IMG/VR virus record: IMGVR_UViG_3300032272_000017
Coordinates: 1-54,042 of that record
Direction: 5' to 3' (one strand)
DNA length: 54,042 nt
DNA from: a virus
Lineage: Duplodnaviria; Caudoviricetes
A program made the position numbers and the translations under genes. Each line of letters opens with the position of its first letter. The stretch's first letter is position 1. Below are positions 8,783 through 16,889 of the stretch, one piece after another. The notes beneath the pieces are model-generated. The model saw nothing but the letters and a program-made list of their open reading frames with translations, did no database searches and had not been told where the DNA came from.

Positions 8783-9121
8783 ATGTTTGTAGGACAAGAC
8801 GGATTACCCAAGACCAAACTGAAGTGGACAGCGCCAACGCTCAACACAGATGGCTCTGCGATCACTCAGTCTCTGACGTATACTTTGTACCGCTGGGTGA
8901 ATGGCGCACCTTTCGCAGTCCTCTCGTTCCCCGGAACGCTTAATCCCGACGGGCAGTACGAGTTCTTGCTAGAAGACATTGCCTCATTCAACACAGACGG
9001 TGTGTATACGTTGAGCCTCACAGCTTCAGATGAAGATGGCGACGAATCAGACCACTCGAACACCATCGAGGTCACAAGAGCAATGGCCCCTTTGGCACCA
9101 ACAGGGTTTGGCTTGGAATAG
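8783..9121 (+). CDS. stand-alone fibronectin type III domain protein
   Basis: LKWTAP..NTDGS, YTLY, GVYTLSLTASDEDGDESDHSN, APLAPTG; AGGAG RBS. Confidence 0.75.
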   Translation: MFVGQDGLPKTKLKWTAPTLNTDGSAITQSLTYTLYRWVNGAPFAVLSFPGTLNPDGQYEFLLEDIASFNTDGVYTLSLTASDEDGDESDHSNTIEVTRAMAPLAPTGFGLE

Positions 9122-9161
9122 CCGCCCTACTTTTTTTAATTTTACTATGGAGCCCGTGGGC

Positions 9162-9410
9162 ATGAGTTACATTACATTCGACTATCAGTGCAGCAACTGC
9201 GATAAAGCAGCCCCCAACATGATGGTCCGCCGCAGCGAGATGAACAACGTAGAATGCGACGAGTGTGGTGCGCTAATGAAACGGATGCCCGCGGCGCCTA
9301 TCACTACGTTCAAGTTTGGTGATAGGTCAGCACAAAAAGGTCGGAAACAAGTCAGCCTGCGCGACCCCAATCCTGGGGCCGGCAAGTTCAGCGACACGAA
9401 AGATATCTAG
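9162..9410 (+). CDS. FmdB-like Zn-ribbon protein
   Basis: FDYQCSNC ... VECDECG.LMKR..AAP. Confidence 0.75.
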   Translation: MSYITFDYQCSNCDKAAPNMMVRRSEMNNVECDECGALMKRMPAAPITTFKFGDRSAQKGRKQVSLRDPNPGAGKFSDTKDI

Positions 9411-12079
9411 CTGGTAGCTCTCGTCAGGTCTCTAGTCAAACCACGTGGGCTTGATGCGATTCCTGATGCGGGGTCTGAATACGTTCCGTTTGAGATCTCA
9501 GCTATCGAGCTCAGTGCATTCTCGTAGACTTTCACTTCCTGCAAGAACCCATCGAGCTGATTGACGTCGTTCCAATCTGAGCCGAGGTTGAACTGCGTAA
9601 ACGTAGGCATCGTAGCGGCCGTGTCCGGAGTGCCTTCGACTACCCCATTGAGGTACATCTGTACGTCGTTGGTGTCGTAGTAGATCGCTACTTCGTACGT
9701 CGTGTCATCTGCTATCGTCGTTGCGCCAGTTACAGTTGCCTGTGTAGCGCCACCATCGACGACCGTCAGAACCAAGTTGCTTGACGTATCAATCGCGAGC
9801 TCGATGCGCTCGTTGGCAGTGCCATCCGACAGCGAGAGGATCGTCTTCTGGTCGTAACCCACACCACGTGTTGTCTGGAACTTCGCGTAGATCAGACCGC
9901 CGCTTGTGGGTATGCCAGTTACATCAGCTGTTGTCAGTATGTCAGCAGCACGTGTCCCTGTGGCACTAGCCGACGACATAATAGGAGTGTTGATATAACC
10001 CTTCGTAAGGTTGACGTCAGTTATATACATTCTTGCGGTAGTATCATCGTAGGCAAACACATCATCCAAGTCATCTTCGGCTGCGCCTAGAACCACCGTC
10101 GCAGTAGTGTCGGCCGCGTCGCCGGTAAAACTGATGCGGGTCGTAGATGTCGCCTCTTCTCGCTCTATATATTGTCCGTAGTACCCGATACTTTCCTCAG
10201 TACATCCAGCTGTGGTGCCGAACGCTGGTACACTACCCGTCGCGTAAGCCCCGTTGTCTGAGTATGCACTGATCGTTAAGGCCCCCAGATTAGTAATCTG
10301 TGCCCGAGTCCACTGAACCCCTCCATAAATGGCCGGGATGCCAAGTGCTGAATACTGCAACTCGTACCGCTCGCTAGTTTCCAGCGTGACAGCTTGTGAA
10401 ACAGCAAGCACCCCAGTACCACCCCCGGAACCGTTCTTTAGCTGCATCGTACCATGTATAAGCTTCGGAGAAGCAACCGTGCCGCTGGTAAACAACGTCC
10501 CACTACCATCGTTGGTCCAGTCAGTCAGGGTGATCCTGTCACTAGACTGTATTAAGTTTGTCTGAGTCCTCTCAATACGAAGCCCTCTCGGAGCAGGACT
10601 CTCACGCCAACCGGGGATTAATTCTTGGCCGACTCCAGTCCACGTCCATCCGCTGTTCGGTATCGGTGGGTTCGGTATGTCAGAAGTAGACCAGTCGCCC
10701 CAAAGTATAGTCGGCGCACTCCAAGTGAAGTCGCCGGTGTCGTTCGTACCATTGGCTCCCAACCCCATGCGTATAGTTCCTGAAACCCCAGCCATCTGGA
10801 CTACTAACTTGATCCAACCGTTAGCATCAGCGTCACCGATCACAGCGGTTGTACCGTCGGGTGTCGTAGCGCCAGTCCAATCATGGATAGAAAGCACCGG
10901 TTGAGACGGTGCTGTCACTGTGTCATCAATATGCATAGCGATCGTATACGTCTGGTTGTACGCGAACGCACCCATATCACCTGGAGTAGACACAAGCCAA
11001 TACTGCTGGGCAGTACCGGAGCAACGGACGCCGTTCATATACTGTTCTGTGTCACCCGCACCTCGATTGCTAAACCGACCGAAGGAGTTCTTAGCGGAAG
11101 CACTCGCGAACGGAGAATCGGTAACCGCACCGTCTCCTGTTGTAGTTCCTTCCGCCCAGCCGTAGGCGCCAGACCAGCCTATCCCATCCGGTGCAGTCCC
11201 TTTTCCCGCGTACCCATGCATTTCGGAGTTCAGTTGTACGTTCGTAACTGGCTGCTGGCGCGCATACGCCATACCCATCGTGGTATCAGTTGATGGCACG
11301 TAATAATTCGGGGGCTCATATATCCAAAACCCCGACGTCTTCATCATGGAAGGGCGACATACAAGCATAGTGCGTCCGCTACCAGTATGTCCGGAAGGAA
11401 CGTCTTCTTGAGCAGCTGTGTTCGAAAATCCAAAAACGAGGTTGTCTCTAGTGGTGGTAGAAGCAGCGCCTTGGACCATCACCTTCGTCCAACCATTACC
11501 AGCGTCTGCAAACACGAGCTCATGGTCGGCATCATTATACTGCGGTGGGTATTGAGCGAAGTAGCCGGTGTAGTACTCAGCAGAGTCGACAACTGTCTGA
11601 CTTGCTAAATCGAGTACACAGATTGTTGTAGGAGCTGCGCTGCCTGCGTAACCTATGAATGCGTACTGCGCTGGGTTGGTTCCGCCATGCTTAAACCACA
11701 CTTCAGTAGTGACCGAGACTCTCCCATCATACTTTCCATATATGCCGGAGTCTTGATTTAGCGAGTGGAAGCCAGTGGTGGTGTCTTCCTGAAGCATCCA
11801 AGCCGTGTCTCCGCCGAACGGGTCTGAGTAGCCAGTCACTGGTGTTTCGAGCCCGTCGTTTGTCCAGTTTGCGTGCGCTAGGTTCTCACTACTGAGAAGA
11901 AAGTTATGGATCGCCCAGCCTCCATGGAAGCGTGGGAAGTCGTCATCATGAAATACCCATGTTCCTTGGATGTCTTCTTCCCACGCAACAGATGCGCGCG
12001 AGAATGACAGCGCTGGTCCTCTACGGACGTTAAGCTGGTCGTGTAAGAAGTCGTATGCTGCTTTAAGCTGAATAGCCAA
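9407..12079 (-). CDS. 890-aa virion spike/fibre protein with C-terminal LamG (concanavalin-like) domain
   Basis: FSRAS, NFLLSSE, GLRIERTQTNLI, TRAAD, and a LamG-like C-terminus (MYLNG ... LGSD ... LDGFLQEVKVY). Confidence 0.75.
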   Translation of the reverse strand: MAIQLKAAYDFLHDQLNVRRGPALSFSRASVAWEEDIQGTWVFHDDDFPRFHGGWAIHNFLLSSENLAHANWTNDGLETPVTGYSDPFGGDTAWMLQEDTTTGFHSLNQDSGIYGKYDGRVSVTTEVWFKHGGTNPAQYAFIGYAGSAAPTTICVLDLASQTVVDSAEYYTGYFAQYPPQYNDADHELVFADAGNGWTKVMVQGAASTTTRDNLVFGFSNTAAQEDVPSGHTGSGRTMLVCRPSMMKTSGFWIYEPPNYYVPSTDTTMGMAYARQQPVTNVQLNSEMHGYAGKGTAPDGIGWSGAYGWAEGTTTGDGAVTDSPFASASAKNSFGRFSNRGAGDTEQYMNGVRCSGTAQQYWLVSTPGDMGAFAYNQTYTIAMHIDDTVTAPSQPVLSIHDWTGATTPDGTTAVIGDADANGWIKLVVQMAGVSGTIRMGLGANGTNDTGDFTWSAPTILWGDWSTSDIPNPPIPNSGWTWTGVGQELIPGWRESPAPRGLRIERTQTNLIQSSDRITLTDWTNDGSGTLFTSGTVASPKLIHGTMQLKNGSGGGTGVLAVSQAVTLETSERYELQYSALGIPAIYGGVQWTRAQITNLGALTISAYSDNGAYATGSVPAFGTTAGCTEESIGYYGQYIEREEATSTTRISFTGDAADTTATVVLGAAEDDLDDVFAYDDTTARMYITDVNLTKGYINTPIMSSASATGTRAADILTTADVTGIPTSGGLIYAKFQTTRGVGYDQKTILSLSDGTANERIELAIDTSSNLVLTVVDGGATQATVTGATTIADDTTYEVAIYYDTNDVQMYLNGVVEGTPDTAATMPTFTQFNLGSDWNDVNQLDGFLQEVKVYENALSSIAEISNGTYSDPASGIASSPRGLTRDLTRATS

Positions 12080-12602
12080 GATCTTTCCTCAGTTTGAAGT
12101 CATCTGCGTAGTATTCTCGCAGTTGCTCTATAGTATCATGCCCGAGGTCAAAGTCCTCGAAGCTCTGTTTATTAACGGCCGTGCGTTTGCGGTGCTCTAG
12201 TTCCAGTCCAGGAAATTCCTTAGCCCACGTTTCATTAAGTTCTTCGAACGCATAAATCTTGTTCGGATAGAATTTACTATCAGTATGACACTCAACTTGT
12301 GGCAGCCAGTGGACGTTGGGGAACCCCGCTCTCCACCCACCTAACACTCGGTGTTTGCCTATCAAGTTCATGGCGGACGTAAGTCGCTCAAACGGGTCTC
12401 GTACCCACATGATTATGTCCACGTCGCTCGACATGGACTCTGCCTCCGACGGAGTCAGCATTTTTTTCCCAGTGTCCACGGACGTCATGCTGGTAGAACC
12501 AGCTCTATGTACTACAGCAACCGCCTTGTTGTAGTCTGTGAGGAGCATGCATGCTGAGTCCCGACCATGAGTCAACCGCCGGTAACATTCAGTGGCATAC
12601 AT
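12063..12602 (-). CDS. sulfotransferase family (Sulfotransfer_2-like) protein
   Basis: 5'-PSB-like HRAGSTS, 3'-PB VRDPFERLTSA, HWLPQ, FEEL, YYADDF..LGY. Confidence 0.75.
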   Translation of the reverse strand: MYATECYRRLTHGRDSACMLLTDYNKAVAVVHRAGSTSMTSVDTGKKMLTPSEAESMSSDVDIIMWVRDPFERLTSAMNLIGKHRVLGGWRAGFPNVHWLPQVECHTDSKFYPNKIYAFEELNETWAKEFPGLELEHRKRTAVNKQSFEDFDLGHDTIEQLREYYADDFKLRKDLGYSA

Positions 12603-12898
12603 TATCTCGCGCTATCGCCAACCAGGACCTTAACGATCACATCACCAGATGCATATCCAGTTACGGTTGCTCTTAATTTCGGTATGTAAGAAATCGGCTG
12701 CAGCGTGTTAGCTGTGACTGCCGCTACAACTTCAACGTATGAGAAGTCATCATCGAGCGCACCCAAGATCTGAACCGTGGCTGTGCCGCCGATCTCGATC
12801 TGTATTACAGCTTCAGCGTGACCGGAGTACGACGTTGGGATCTCGATGTCGTAGCTACCGTTAGCGTTATCAGCGTTTGTGACTGTTACAACTTGCAT
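12602..12898 (-). CDS. small beta-rich hypothetical (probably virion) protein
   Basis: AGGAG RBS; TAATG-coupled to the sulfotransferase. Confidence 0.75.
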   Translation of the reverse strand: MQVVTVTNADNANGSYDIEIPTSYSGHAEAVIQIEIGGTATVQILGALDDDFSYVEVVAAVTANTLQPISYIPKLRATVTGYASGDVIVKVLVGDSAR

Positions 12899-12923
12899 TT
12901 TGTACTCCTAGGATTCATTGCCC

Positions 12924-12952
12924 ATTCTACCTTTACAGGAGAGGGGCTGCGA
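12924..12952 (-). promoter_or_regulatory. candidate late promoter TCGCAG-CCCC..(17)-TAGAAT
   Basis: Shares GCAGCCCCTCTCC with the 16494-16522 element; upstream of 12898. Confidence 0.6.
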
Positions 12953-13076
12953 TCTCCAATAGTCTGTAGGCCACCAGCGCCCAGAAGACGCCGAGGAAGA
13001 TCTCGTACGACCGGCTGCGCCGGGAGTTCCTGATCCGATGCATTGTGTTCTTGTACTTTTGGATTATCCAGTTCAT
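12933..13076 (-). CDS. 47-aa small membrane protein
   Basis: ATGA overlap with the 13073 stop; basic N-terminus plus one hydrophobic segment. Confidence 0.55.
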   Translation of the reverse strand: MNWIIQKYKNTMHRIRNSRRSRSYEIFLGVFWALVAYRLLEIAAPLL

Positions 13077-13615
13077 CGATAGTGCAGCTCGTATCCGTTG
13101 AAATGCCATGCGAAATTGATCGTGCCGTTGCTGCCGTTGGTGATCCGCCACAGGAACTTCATAGGCGCGTTGTTGCGCCCACCAACGATCCACTCCGCGT
13201 CTTCTGCGCTGACGATCTGACCGATGTTGTTGCCGCCAGACGGTACGTAGCCGGTGTGCAGCAGCGTGCCTGTGTCCGTCACGGTCGGGGCTAGGGTGAT
13301 CGCTGCATCCGATCCGTCGATGGCGACAGCGCGGTTGTGGTTGCGGACGTTCGCAGCTGTACCGTCGGCTGACGTGGTCACGTCCTCAAAGAACTGAATG
13401 TCGATCGGGGCGTCGTCAAAAGCGAACTCTACGACAGTCAGGTGGCCGAACTGGTTAGCGGGGAACGCGAACAGGATGTCGTACGATGCCAGCGACGCAA
13501 CACTGGCCTTGCCCGTGCAAGTGAAGTAGAACCCGTCATGGATGATGCGGTGAACCGCAGTCGTAACTGTCTGGAACCCTGTATGCGGATCTACATTTGA
13601 AAATGCTTTGCTCAT
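13073..13615 (-). CDS. hypothetical (probably virion) beta-sandwich protein
   Basis: ORF track; ATGA coupling. Confidence 0.75.
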   Translation of the reverse strand: MSKAFSNVDPHTGFQTVTTAVHRIIHDGFYFTCTGKASVASLASYDILFAFPANQFGHLTVVEFAFDDAPIDIQFFEDVTTSADGTAANVRNHNRAVAIDGSDAAITLAPTVTDTGTLLHTGYVPSGGNNIGQIVSAEDAEWIVGGRNNAPMKFLWRITNGSNGTINFAWHFNGYELHYR

Positions 13616-13806
13616 ATTGGTTTGGCCATGCAGGCTTCTTCCCTGCCCTTCTCAAAGCCCTGTCGGGCACCGTTCTGCCACCCTTGGGTGTATCCTTCTT
13701 GCAGCCCAGTATTATATCCCATCCGAGTGATTTTCTCACCCGTCATGTACATGGCGTACACGATCAGTATGAAGGTGAAGACAGCTCTAGTCTTCGAAGG
13801 TTTCAT
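13612..13806 (-). CDS. small membrane protein with GxxxG repeats (GYNTGLQEGYTQGWQNG)
   Basis: Internal ATG of ORF 13612..13941; one TM segment. Confidence 0.6.
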   Translation of the reverse strand: MKPSKTRAVFTFILIVYAMYMTGEKITRMGYNTGLQEGYTQGWQNGARQGFEKGREEACMAKPI

Positions 13807-14272
13807 GACGTCCATCGAGGTATTTAACCTCGAAGCCAAAACCTGAGTTCGGGTCAAGTCTGACCGCTGTTTCCATCGCTTTCTGAACACCGCATCCTGC
13901 CTCCAATATCGCCCAAGCTGCTGAGCTCCCCGACCCCACACCGTACCATCTGTTAAGCACTGGCGTGAGCATCATAAATTTGTCTACACAAAAAAGTCCT
14001 TGTGGACCAAGTATTATCCCCGAGAAATCATCCTCGGGTGCAATGTCATACATTGGTTCACAGGGCTCGTCCCAACTACCGTTCTCAAACCACTCCAGAA
14101 ATATGAACCCGGGACCCTCAAGCCCTGCCAAACCAACGAGATACTTATCACCCCCTATGTCGACTTCTTCAATTTTGGAACCCATGCGCATGGCGTATTC
14201 ACTGTCGTTACTGGTAGCCATGAAATCGCTAGCCATGTAACCCATGCGTTGGTCAGCTACAATAGTTGTCAT
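13787..14272 (-). CDS. HslV/proteasome-like Ntn-hydrolase
   Basis: Starts M-TTIVA (Thr1 nucleophile), ASD, GVGSG, A.ETAVRLDPNSG; ATGA-coupled to the o-spanin. Confidence 0.75.
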   Translation of the reverse strand: MTTIVADQRMGYMASDFMATSNDSEYAMRMGSKIEEVDIGGDKYLVGLAGLEGPGFIFLEWFENGSWDEPCEPMYDIAPEDDFSGIILGPQGLFCVDKFMMLTPVLNRWYGVGSGSSAAWAILEAGCGVQKAMETAVRLDPNSGFGFEVKYLDGRHETFED

Positions 14273-14553
14273 TGGGATTGCCACTCCCGAATCTTTGCTT
14301 TGTCCTCATTGCCGCAGCGCGCAGCTGCGATGCCGACAAGCGCGGCTCTTTCAAGATCCCCCGTGGTTTCGATCGCATCCAGTTCCGGCTCCTCGCAAGG
14401 CTCAAGTAGCTCTGCGGGGATGGATACTTTTTCAATCGTTACTGTCTCGAAGGGAACTCGGATTATCTGGGGAGGCGGCGTCGCGCATCCGGTCAGCAAC
14501 GCCATCAGGGAGAGGAGTATCGCTCCACTCTTTATAGTTCGGGTCGGTCTCAC
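14269..14553 (-). CDS. o-spanin lipoprotein (Rz1-like)
   Basis: Lipobox LLTGC, Pro-rich, LLEPC ... RCGNED; overlaps the 3' end of the i-spanin. Confidence 0.85.
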   Translation of the reverse strand: MRPTRTIKSGAILLSLMALLTGCATPPPQIIRVPFETVTIEKVSIPAELLEPCEEPELDAIETTGDLERAALVGIAAARCGNEDKAKIREWQSQ

Positions 14554-14884
14554 GTTGATTCTCCATCTGGGTTTCCAGACTTGTTATCTGATCTTCGAGA
14601 GCTCGTCTCCGGTCCCTCGCTTCCTGGTTCGCAAGAGCAGCCGCATTCAGCTTGGCAGTCAGGTCGGCACGCGCAGACTTCTCTGCCGCAAGCGCAGCCT
14701 CCAGTTGGAGTACTGTCTCTTTGTTTATCTCCTGCACGCATACCTGTTGGCCTTTATGAATCAAATCTTCTTTGAAGGCATGCCACTTCCAAGCTGCGCC
14801 ACCAAGTAACGAAGTGACTAAGATCGCAGTGACCCAGCGACCTACAACGGTCTTGAACGCTAGTCTAACGAGGGCGGTCAACAT
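14432..14884 (-). CDS. i-spanin (Rz-like)
   Basis: N-terminal TM, coiled coil, WSDTPLPDGV C-terminus. Confidence 0.85.
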   Translation of the reverse strand: MLTALVRLAFKTVVGRWVTAILVTSLLGGAAWKWHAFKEDLIHKGQQVCVQEINKETVLQLEAALAAEKSARADLTAKLNAAALANQEARDRRRALEDQITSLETQMENQRETDPNYKEWSDTPLPDGVADRMRDAASPDNPSSLRDSND

Positions 14885-15068
14885 ATGCTTGTGTCGCCAA
14901 GTAGGCGCCTCCAATAGTTATAGTAACAGTAACCCAGTGTTCCGCTTCGATCAAGCCGGTGAAGAGAAATACTGAAGCCAGCCCCTCGAAAACGATCGCG
15001 AGCGCGAGCTTCCTACTGTTCAGCTTCTCTTTGAAGGATGGAGTGTGGACTTCGTAGAGCTCACCCAC
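14865..15068 (-). CDS. holin-like protein
   Basis: 67 aa, SRKL followed by two TM segments; lysis cassette. Confidence 0.7.
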   Translation of the reverse strand: MGELYEVHTPSFKEKLNSRKLALAIVFEGLASVFLFTGLIEAEHWVTVTITIGGAYLATQAYVDRPR

Positions 15069-15069
15069 A

Positions 15070-15231
15070 TCACTTGGCCGGTTTGCTGGTCTTCTTCTTC
15101 TTGCCCATCTTCACTTCGTCGCGTCGCTTCTTCAGCTTCGCTTCGAGATCTATAAGAGCTTGAGGACGACCCAAGGCTTTGCGCAGAGGCATTACCTTTG
15201 GGACAGGTTTAGGTTTCTTCAGGCCGGCCAT
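15070..15231 (-). CDS. 53-aa highly basic protein, not in ORF track
   Basis: MAGLKKPKPVPKVMPLRKALGRPQALIDLEAKLKKRRDEVKMGKKKKTSKPAK; fills the gap exactly with a TAATG overlap. Confidence 0.7.
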   Translation of the reverse strand: MAGLKKPKPVPKVMPLRKALGRPQALIDLEAKLKKRRDEVKMGKKKKTSKPAK

Positions 15232-15530
15232 TATAGTTTCGACTGCTGTAGTGCGATCAACCGCTGACGGAGCTTGTTTGCGTGAGCCTTGTTGCCAGTC
15301 GTGACAGCGTCACGGAGCTGTTCGCGGAGTGGTTGCATGACGCGCTCAGCGCCAGCGTTTATCTCATCGTTAGAAGTGCCACGCGTTGAGCGTTTCTCAA
15401 CCGGCTTTTTCTTAACTTTCTTCTTTGCGACTTTCTTCTTGGGCGCAGAAGACATGCCTTCGCCAAGTTTTTCGAGTTCAGACTCGGTGCGAGTCTGACG
15501 GGCTTTTTCTTTTTCCTGCATGTCGCTCAT
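15231..15530 (-). CDS. basic hypothetical protein (Lys-rich)
   Basis: ATGA overlap with the lysozyme stop. Confidence 0.7.
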   Translation of the reverse strand: MSDMQEKEKARQTRTESELEKLGEGMSSAPKKKVAKKKVKKKPVEKRSTRGTSNDEINAGAERVMQPLREQLRDAVTTGNKAHANKLRQRLIALQQSKL

Positions 15531-15952
15531 TGCCAAATTCCTGTTTGCATTGCCTGAACGAGTACTTTAGCACGTCGTTCTGTTTGTCGATACCACTTCG
15601 AGTCTTTCATCTCGTGGGCAGCGAGTGAGTAATCCTGGATATCAAGAGCTGCTAACAGCTTCTTGAACTTCCGGAGCTTTGTCAGGCCGAGGTTGTATGT
15701 CATATCTGACATGATGATCTTCCGTACGGGGCTAAGGGATCCCCAGCACGGAAGACTTGATGCATCAGCTATGGCTTCATGCATGTCGACGTCGAGCATA
15801 AGCTCGGCTTCTTCACGTGTGATGCCTCGGTCGTCGAGGTTGCGCCCGTATCCGATCGTCAGCTTCCCGACGGTATCGCGATACGGAAACAACTCCGGTC
15901 CTGAAGCAGCCTCGGCCCACTTGATGTGAGCCTTCAGCAGTGCTTCATCCAC
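15527..15952 (-). CDS. endolysin, T4-lysozyme-like (GH24)
   Basis: E...YRDTVGKLTIGYGRNL, MTYNLG, AAHEMKDSKWYRQTERRA; GTG start at 15952. Confidence 0.9.
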   Translation of the reverse strand: MDEALLKAHIKWAEAASGPELFPYRDTVGKLTIGYGRNLDDRGITREEAELMLDVDMHEAIADASSLPCWGSLSPVRKIIMSDMTYNLGLTKLRKFKKLLAALDIQDYSLAAHEMKDSKWYRQTERRAKVLVQAMQTGIWQ

Positions 15953-15957
15953 AACTT

Positions 15958-16446
15958 CTAGTCGAAGTAGAGGAGTGAGACAGAAACGCGACCGATACCA
16001 GTCGGGCCAGTAACAGCAGCGCGACAAGTTACAGTCAGGTAGTCACCAGCTTCGATGATACCCTGTGAGTCAAGCGCACCAGCCGTGATTGAACCAGCAG
16101 CAGACGAGAAGTGCTTCGAGCCGACAGCAGTCGTCATTTCAGCGTCGACAAAGTCATCAGTGTAAGCAAAACCGTCAGCGTCAGAACCGTCACCGAACAA
16201 GATAGCAGACTTGGTCGTACCAGCAAAGTTCTCACTGATATCGTAGACAAGTGCCTCAACAACCTTCGCACGCTTGGAGCCATGTGTTTGGATGATGTAC
16301 GTGCTGTCTGATCCACCGAAATCCACACCCAACAGGGTCTGGTTTTCTTCGATCTCATAAGAAGCGACATACGGGAGCTTATCCAGCTGCCGGATCGCGC
16401 GCTGCGGAACCTTTCCGCCAAATACAGAGATTAATTCTCCACTCAT
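15958..16446 (-). CDS. capsid decoration/cement-like protein (paralog of 38186..38596)
   Basis: ENFAG....ILFGDGSDADGF ... LTVT ... TGIGRVSV pattern. Confidence 0.6.
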   Translation of the reverse strand: MSGELISVFGGKVPQRAIRQLDKLPYVASYEIEENQTLLGVDFGGSDSTYIIQTHGSKRAKVVEALVYDISENFAGTTKSAILFGDGSDADGFAYTDDFVDAEMTTAVGSKHFSSAAGSITAGALDSQGIIEAGDYLTVTCRAAVTGPTGIGRVSVSLLYFD

Positions 16447-16493
16447 TTTTCTATCCTTAGTTAAATGAAAGCCCCGTTATGGGGAGTCAGTTG

Positions 16494-16522
16494 ATTATCC
16501 CTTATAGGGAGAGGGGCTGCAA
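16494..16522 (-). promoter_or_regulatory. candidate late promoter TTGCAG-CCCC..(17)-GATAAT
   Basis: Intergenic, 17-bp spacer, shared box. Confidence 0.6.
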
Positions 16523-16855
16523 TTACTCGCCGCGCTTTTTGATGTCCTCGACCTGCGTTTCCAGCTTGTCGATGGATGACTTCATCTCGCGCTGACGGTC
16601 GTCGGACTTATCAATCTTCTTTTCGATGCGTTCTAGTAACCCGACCACGGTATTCAGCTGCTCTTGGGTCGCGGCTTCTTCCAGGTTCTCGGTGTTAGAT
16701 TTGACGTCTTGCGCGAGCGCAACGACCCAAGCGGTAGCTAGTATGAAGACGACTGCGCCACCCCATAATGTCTTAATGACCCAAGCGATATCTTTTGCTA
16801 TAGAGAGACCGTCGTGGGATTCGTATTCCGCTTTTGTTGGGTTCATTTTGCTCAT
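16523..16855 (-). CDS. single-TM coiled-coil protein (possible holin/antiholin)
   Basis: TM LWGGAVVFILATAWVVALA followed by coiled coil; start ATG 16855 (leaderless) or 16876. Confidence 0.65.
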   Translation of the reverse strand: MSKMNPTKAEYESHDGLSIAKDIAWVIKTLWGGAVVFILATAWVVALAQDVKSNTENLEEAATQEQLNTVVGLLERIEKKIDKSDDRQREMKSSIDKLETQVEDIKKRGE

Positions 16856-16861
16856 GACTCT

Positions 16862-16889
16862 AGTGTATATACTCATGCGAGGGCTGCAA
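16862..16889 (-). promoter_or_regulatory. candidate late promoter TTGCAG-CCC..(16)-TACACT
   Basis: Immediately after the stop of the 2108-aa gene; predicted +1 falls at or next to ATG 16855. Confidence 0.5.
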
